Source of the DNA: a bacterium
Lineage (GTDB): Bacteria > Krumholzibacteriota > Krumholzibacteriia > G020349025
Reading direction: 5' to 3'
Length of the DNA: 64,000 bases
NCBI GenBank assembly: GCA_031362565.1
Contig: JANLSU010000073.1
Coordinates: 86,555-150,554 of the forward strand
In this document: one piece after another, positions 59,079 to 64,000 of the stretch
How the letters are laid out: every line of letters begins with the position of its first letter
Numbering within the stretch: the stretch's first letter is position 1
Made by a program: the position numbers and the translations under genes
The notes under the pieces: model-generated
Database searches by the model: none
Told to the model about the DNA's origin: nothing
Seen by the model: the letters and a program-made list of their open reading frames with translations, nothing else

Positions 59079-60233
59079 TCAGGCCATGACCGGGCGTACC
59101 CTCTTGCGCAACATGGATTCGAAGGAGGCGCGTGGCACGGCGATGTGGCGCCGCACCTCCGAGGCGCGAAATTCGGTCCGCACCGACGCCGGCATTTTGG
59201 CGATCACGTATTCGAGGCGTCGGCCACTCACCGTGTTCAAAAGCCCGGCGATGGCGCGATAGTAGCCGCGTTGGCCTTTGAGTTTGCGCGACCCCACCAC
59301 GAGCGCCTCGAGGATTTCCGCTAGGTCCGCGTCACTGAGACGCGGGTCGGCGCCGATCCGCTCGCCCCAGGCGTCGAGAAACGGCGCCATTTCGAGCAGA
59401 AAATCGTACGACTGCCGCAGCGCACGCACGCTTCGCAGTGGGTAGTTGCGATGTCCTTCGGGCGCCAGCGTCACCTTGTACAACTGTGCGGCCTGCGCGA
59501 ATACGCCGCGATATGGCGTGGTGTTTTCGTGCGCGAGGCGTGCAAAACGCTGCGCCGGTTCTTGGTACGCGGCGGTCTTCGGCCAGAAGGAAAGGCCCTG
59601 GTCGAGATCGCCGACATTGTGAACGAGGATGGCGGCGAGTTTCAGAGCGTCGATCTCGAGGCCCTTCGCCGCGAGCACGGCGCGGAAGGCGCCCGCTTCA
59701 CGCTCGAGCTCGGCGTGAATCGCGCCCTCGGCCTGCGCGGCGATATCGCCCGCGTCGAGTGCCATGGCGCGGGCCCACGCTCCTGCCAGCACGGACAGTC
59801 GTTCGCCGTCGTGGCCCGAAAGAACGCCAACTCCTTGCACGACCACGGTCCGCCGGGACACCGCATCCACGTCCCAGGCGCAGAAGAGTTGCGTCACCGC
59901 CCACATGCGTTCCAGCAAGTCACGCGTTTGAACGCGCCGCCACAGCAGGCCGCGGATCTTGCTGTCGACATCGGTCGGAACGAAACTCGCAACCGTCGCA
60001 TGATGAGCGGCGAGGCAGAGCGTGAAGTAATCCAGCGTTGCCCCATCGTCCGTATCGCCGGCGGCCGCCGCGGGCGCGCGTTCGCCAACCGCGGTTAGGA
60101 CGGCGCGGAAACCCAGCGGCCCTTGCGCCAGAATCTCGAGCGGCCGGTCATCCGTCGCCGGAGTCTCGAGCCATGGCACGGTGTTGCGGACGAGCTCGAG
60201 CAGGCCACTTGGCGCGATGAATCCCTCGATCAT
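59079..60233 (-). CDS. Hypothetical protein (384 aa) with clustered His/Asp motifs
   Basis: Long ORF with globular-protein composition; AHHATVASFVPTDVD, SGHDGE, HNVGDLDQ and EGHRNYPLR. Confidence 0.7.
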   Translation of the reverse strand: MIEGFIAPSGLLELVRNTVPWLETPATDDRPLEILAQGPLGFRAVLTAVGERAPAAAAGDTDDGATLDYFTLCLAAHHATVASFVPTDVDSKIRGLLWRRVQTRDLLERMWAVTQLFCAWDVDAVSRRTVVVQGVGVLSGHDGERLSVLAGAWARAMALDAGDIAAQAEGAIHAELEREAGAFRAVLAAKGLEIDALKLAAILVHNVGDLDQGLSFWPKTAAYQEPAQRFARLAHENTTPYRGVFAQAAQLYKVTLAPEGHRNYPLRSVRALRQSYDFLLEMAPFLDAWGERIGADPRLSDADLAEILEALVVGSRKLKGQRGYYRAIAGLLNTVSGRRLEYVIAKMPASVRTEFRASEVRRHIAVPRASFESMLRKRVRPVMA

Positions 60234-60425
60234 GATCTCGACAAACGCAGGGGATTGTGGACCCGCGAACTCCGGGACAGTGTCATTCGACAGCTTGAAG
60301 AATAGGGTCCGCCCGCCGCCTCGATCAAGAGGGCTGCCGGCGGGGGCTCAACGCAACGGGGCCCGTGCGCAGTGCGCACGAGCCCCGAAGCAAAGGCATG
60401 TCTCGGCCGAAGCCGGGGTGCCGAA

Positions 60426-60695
60426 TTAGCGAGCGCCGCCACCCGTCTTGGGCTTGGCTTCGCTGACGGTGAGCGTGCGGCCTTCGACCTCGCGGCCGTT
60501 CAAAGCCTCGATCGCCGTGCGGGAATCGTCAGGAGACCCCATCTGCACGAAAGCAAAGCCGCGCGGCCGGCCGGTGTCGCGATCCATGACGATCGCCACA
60601 TCCTCGACCCGGCGCCCGTCCGCCTCGAACAGCGTGCGGAGGGTGCTTTCGGTGGTGTTGAAAGAGAGGTTTCCGACGTAAAGTTTCGTAGCCAT
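60426..60695 (-). CDS. RRM (RNP-1) RNA-binding protein
   Basis: RNP2 LYVGNL and RNP1 RGFAFVQM. Confidence 0.93.
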   Translation of the reverse strand: MATKLYVGNLSFNTTESTLRTLFEADGRRVEDVAIVMDRDTGRPRGFAFVQMGSPDDSRTAIEALNGREVEGRTLTVSEAKPKTGGGAR

Positions 60696-60917
60696 GTTCT
60701 AAAAGACCTTTCGTTTTCGCTTATCTCCTCTCGCGAATCGAAAGGCCTTAGGCGCTCATGCACTCTACTCGCAAGAGGGGCGCCAGCGCCACGGGTATCG
60801 TTCCGAACGCGCGACTCCTTCTGATGATGTGAGTTGCAGGGGAATGGCGGGGTCGAGTCGGGGCGCGGGGAACCCCGCTGTTGCCTCAACGCGCTTTCAA
60901 GGCGGAAGGAATCTCCG

Positions 60918-61430
60918 GTGTCCGAGTTCGTCGAATGTCAGAATTGCGGCCGCCAATTCTACGCCGAAAACGTCGACTGCCCCTACTGCGGGGGGGAAGA
61001 GACGGACTCCGCGACGTTGGTCACGGAACTCATGCGCACTGTTGCACCGAGCACGACGGCAGCGCCCCGGACCGCCGCATCGCACGGCGGCCTCTTCGCG
61101 ATCATGTTCTACCTCTTCGCCGTGTTCGTCGCGGTCATGGGCGCCGTCGCGCTTGCCGGCGCCATCCGCGTGCAGGCGGTGCCGGCGCGCGCCATGCTCG
61201 CCGGTGAAGCCGGCTTCGCGATCCTCACCATCGCTGGGGTGCTGAGCCGGCGGCGCTGGGGCCGGCGGGTCGCCATCGCTTTCATTTTGTGGAACGCGGT
61301 GATCGGCCTTGGCGCAATCGTCGACCGCGACCGCGGTGGCCTCTTTGCATGGGGACCGGAGTCGGGCACGTTCCTGCTTTTCCTCTGGCCGTTCTTGACT
61401 CGTAACGGGCGCGAACGGTTCAGCCGTTGA
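60918..61430 (+). CDS. Zinc-ribbon membrane protein
   Basis: CQNC...CPYC followed by about 4 TM helices; AAGGA SD before GTG 60918. Confidence 0.7.
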   Translation: MSEFVECQNCGRQFYAENVDCPYCGGEETDSATLVTELMRTVAPSTTAAPRTAASHGGLFAIMFYLFAVFVAVMGAVALAGAIRVQAVPARAMLAGEAGFAILTIAGVLSRRRWGRRVAIAFILWNAVIGLGAIVDRDRGGLFAWGPESGTFLLFLWPFLTRNGRERFSR

Positions 61431-61563
61431 ACTGGGCCGGCGCCCGGCGACGCGCCGGTCTCGGCACGCGAGTTGATAGTAGAAATCCTTGCAAGACTGT
61501 CGAGACGCGATGCACCGGTGCTGCCGCATGGCGCGCCGGCGTCGCACCTACGTTGGAGAACGT

Positions 61564-62487
61564 ATGGCCGCCAGCCCGCCACCGAACGACGCTCCGCAGT
61601 CCATGGTGTCCGCGCGCCCGGAAGTGAGTGAAGCCCTGTTGGCGCGCCATCTCAACGACGTCGAGACCCATATCAAGCGCCTGCCGCCGCTCTCGACCTC
61701 GATTCACGAGATTCTCGCCCAACTCCGCGACGTCGACACCGACATGCGCTGGCTGGAGCTGCACATTTCCAGCGACCCGAGCCTGGCGACTCGATTGTTG
61801 AAGATGGCAAATAGTGCCTTTTACTGCCCGCGCGCGGAAATTTACACCGTGCCGCGCGCCCTCATGACCCTCGGGTTCCGCACTTCGCTGAACGTGATTC
61901 TGGCGGCATCCATGCGCTCGGCCTTCACGACCTCGGTCGCGATCCCCGGCTTTCAGCCACGCGGTCTCATGCGGCATTGCGTTGCGGTGGGGACTTGTGC
62001 GGCGGCTTTGGGGCGCGCGATTCCGAGCCTGCAGCCGGTCGCGGACAAACTCTTCGTCGCCGGCCTCCTGCACGACATTGGCCGCGTCGCCTTGGCGCCG
62101 CTCTACGGTCAGTACCAAGAAGAGCTGCGGGCGCGCTGTGGCACCCAGCCGCCGACACCCGAGATCGAGTCGAATCTCTTCGGGATCGACCACGCCGAAG
62201 CCGGTGCCATGGTGGTGCAGCAATGGAAGCTGCCGGCGCCGCTCGCCGAACCGATCACGCATCACCACGATCCGATTGCGACGCTTGCCGGCCACCCGCT
62301 GGTTCTGGGCGTGCGTGCCGCGGACCTGTTCGTGCTCGGCAAGGGCTACGCGATGATCCAGCCCTGCGAGGTGCGCATCGAACTGGATGCAGTGCTCGAG
62401 GCGCTCGCGACCGACATGGAACAGGTGTGTGGGGCTCTCGGGACTTTCGAAGCGGTGTCCGCCTCGTTCTTGGAGTCCGTCGCATGA
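61564..62487 (+). CDS. HDOD domain protein
   Basis: Motifs LPPL, DPSLATRLLKMANSAFY, GLLHDIG, HAEAG and W.LP...I.HHH. Confidence 0.9.
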   Translation: MAASPPPNDAPQSMVSARPEVSEALLARHLNDVETHIKRLPPLSTSIHEILAQLRDVDTDMRWLELHISSDPSLATRLLKMANSAFYCPRAEIYTVPRALMTLGFRTSLNVILAASMRSAFTTSVAIPGFQPRGLMRHCVAVGTCAAALGRAIPSLQPVADKLFVAGLLHDIGRVALAPLYGQYQEELRARCGTQPPTPEIESNLFGIDHAEAGAMVVQQWKLPAPLAEPITHHHDPIATLAGHPLVLGVRAADLFVLGKGYAMIQPCEVRIELDAVLEALATDMEQVCGALGTFEAVSASFLESVA

Positions 62488-63782
62488 GCACAGTGCACGA
62501 GAAGAACCCCGACGTGCGAGTACAGCTCGAAGCGGCGCTGCACGATAATTCGCGTTATCAGGATCAAATCTATTTTCTGACCGAGATGGGCAGTCTGCTC
62601 GGGCAGCAAGAGATCTCGCTCCTCTTAGTGAAGATCCTGCAGTTGACCACCGAGTTCATCGGTGCGGACGTCGGTTCGATCGTCCTGCTCGACGCCGCCG
62701 GGACGCCGAGGACGGCGGTCGATTGGGGGCTGCCGCATGCGGTAGTGCTCGACTTGAAGCGCCGCGATGGTGCCAGCCTGCTCGATCTGGCGCTGGAGAG
62801 CGGCCTGCCGCAAGTGTTTCATCGGAGCGAGTTGCAGCCGGTTCTCGACGGCGCCTACGATGTCGAGAAAGTGCTCCTGCTGCCGCTCAACGCCGAGGGC
62901 CGCGTTCTCGGCAGCATCGTCATGGTGTTGCCCGACAGCGACGACGCCCATACCAACGCCCAACTCGAGATGGCGGCGCCGGCGGTCGGCTTGGCATCGA
63001 TCGCGTTGGAGAACACCCAGCTGACGCGCATCAAGCTCGACCGGGTTCGCGAGCAACACCAGCTCAAGCTGGCCCAAGAGATTCAGCGCCGCTTGTTGCC
63101 GGCGAGCGCGCCCGTGGTGCCGGGGCTCGAACTTGCGGCGGCGTACATTCCGGCCGCGGCGATCGGCGGCGACTACTACGACTACCTGCGTTTGAGCGAC
63201 GGGAGCTTGGGCCTCGTCATCGCCGACGTGTCCGGGAAGGACGTCCCGGCGGGATTGGTGATGACAGCGGTGCGCGCCATGTTCCGAACGGCTGCGCATG
63301 TCACCTTCCGGCCCGGGACCATCCTGCAACAGGTGAACGAGCAGTTGTGCCTCGAACATTTGAACGGCATGTTCGTGACAGCGGCCTGCATGCGCATCGA
63401 TGGCACCAGCGGACTTCTGACGCTGGCGGTCGCCGGCCACGATCCTGTCTTGCTCGTGAAAAGCGGCCGTGTCGAACTGGCAGGCAACCGAATCCACAAC
63501 TTGCCGCTTGGCGTGCTGGAGGGGAGAGAGTACGAAGAGGAAGCGCACGAGCTGCGGCCCGGCGACGCTTTCGTGCTCTACACCGACGGTGTCACCGAAG
63601 CGCGCAATGAGTTTGCCCGCCAGTTCGGTGCCCGGAATTTGCGCGGCATCGCGGCGCAGTGCGCGGGGCTTGGTGCTGCGGACGTCGTTCGCAAGATCCT
63701 GAGCGCTCTCGAGGAACACGTCGGGAAGACACCGCGGCACGATGACATCGCGGTGCTCGTCGGACGCCGCTCGCCGGTCTGA
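62484..63782 (+). CDS. GAF plus SpoIIE/PP2C phosphatase (RsbU-like)
   Basis: Motifs AQEIQRRLLP, IGGDYYD, IADVSGK, AGHDP, YTDGVTEA and DDIA; ATGA overlap with HDOD. Confidence 0.92.
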   Translation: MSTVHEKNPDVRVQLEAALHDNSRYQDQIYFLTEMGSLLGQQEISLLLVKILQLTTEFIGADVGSIVLLDAAGTPRTAVDWGLPHAVVLDLKRRDGASLLDLALESGLPQVFHRSELQPVLDGAYDVEKVLLLPLNAEGRVLGSIVMVLPDSDDAHTNAQLEMAAPAVGLASIALENTQLTRIKLDRVREQHQLKLAQEIQRRLLPASAPVVPGLELAAAYIPAAAIGGDYYDYLRLSDGSLGLVIADVSGKDVPAGLVMTAVRAMFRTAAHVTFRPGTILQQVNEQLCLEHLNGMFVTAACMRIDGTSGLLTLAVAGHDPVLLVKSGRVELAGNRIHNLPLGVLEGREYEEEAHELRPGDAFVLYTDGVTEARNEFARQFGARNLRGIAAQCAGLGAADVVRKILSALEEHVGKTPRHDDIAVLVGRRSPV

Positions 63783-63818
63783 ACCGGACGGCTGTGGGTC
63801 TTCGAGTTTTCCGCTCCG

Positions 63819-63866
63819 GCGTCCGCTTCCGCCTCTGCTTCGGCTTCGGCTTCCGCTTCCGCTTCC
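63819..63866. repeat. Eight degenerate GC(T/G/C)TCN hexamers
   Basis: gcgtcc gcttcc gcctct gcttcg gcttcg gcttcc gcttcc gcttcc. Confidence 0.75.
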
Positions 63867-64000
63867 ACGCTGGCTTTCGCTTCTGCGCTCTTTTTTGTTG
63901 CGCCTTCGGAGCTATTGCTGAGGTGTGGGGGTCTTCGGAGGTGTGCGACCCCCGCCCGCTCAGACAGAACGGGCCGCGCCGCGCGCTTCGCGCGCAATAT

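Noticed and set aside
1..64000. tRNA, rRNA, tmRNA, prophage, IS or defence systems
   Set aside because: No signature sequences or protein motifs were recognised by eye; a covariance-model scan would be needed to exclude small RNAs.

Overview
This is a 64 kb window of a high-GC bacterial chromosome that is almost entirely coding (about 50 genes). I found no rRNA, tRNA, CRISPR array, integrase or transposase. C-terminal 'PNPFNP' (FlgD-Ig/T9SS-like) and 'TWSKVKSLFR' tails suggest an FCB-group lineage such as Krumholzibacteriota, Eisenbacteria or Latescibacterota (inference). In order, the window holds: the 3' end of mqnA; GT87 and GT4 glycosyltransferases; an exported HExxH protein; a phosphate locus (pyk and ppx divergent from phoBR-pstSCAB-phoU); a class A PBP; an RsmG-SpoU fusion with 18-aa tandem repeats; two tandem S8 proteases; an MBL-rhodanese; and a 3-hydroxyacyl-CoA dehydrogenase. 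These are followed by a coupled three-gene operon (chorismate mutase-DAHP synthase, cmoA, ICMT/LmtA-like membrane methyltransferase), a rearranged aminoacyl-phosphatidylglycerol system (synthase plus flippase-AcvB fusion), sppA, an ECF sigma/anti-sigma/DUF4097 operon, an XRE-cupin regulator with a clear operator, an M28 peptidase and HDOD/PP2C signalling genes. The best candidate for an undescribed system is the aro-cmoA-ICMT operon. It supplies prephenate and makes carboxy-SAM, but pairs this with a membrane lipid-methyltransferase homolog instead of the tRNA enzyme CmoB, which suggests Cx-SAM-dependent carboxymethylation of a lipid. All family calls come from motif recognition by eye, not database searches.
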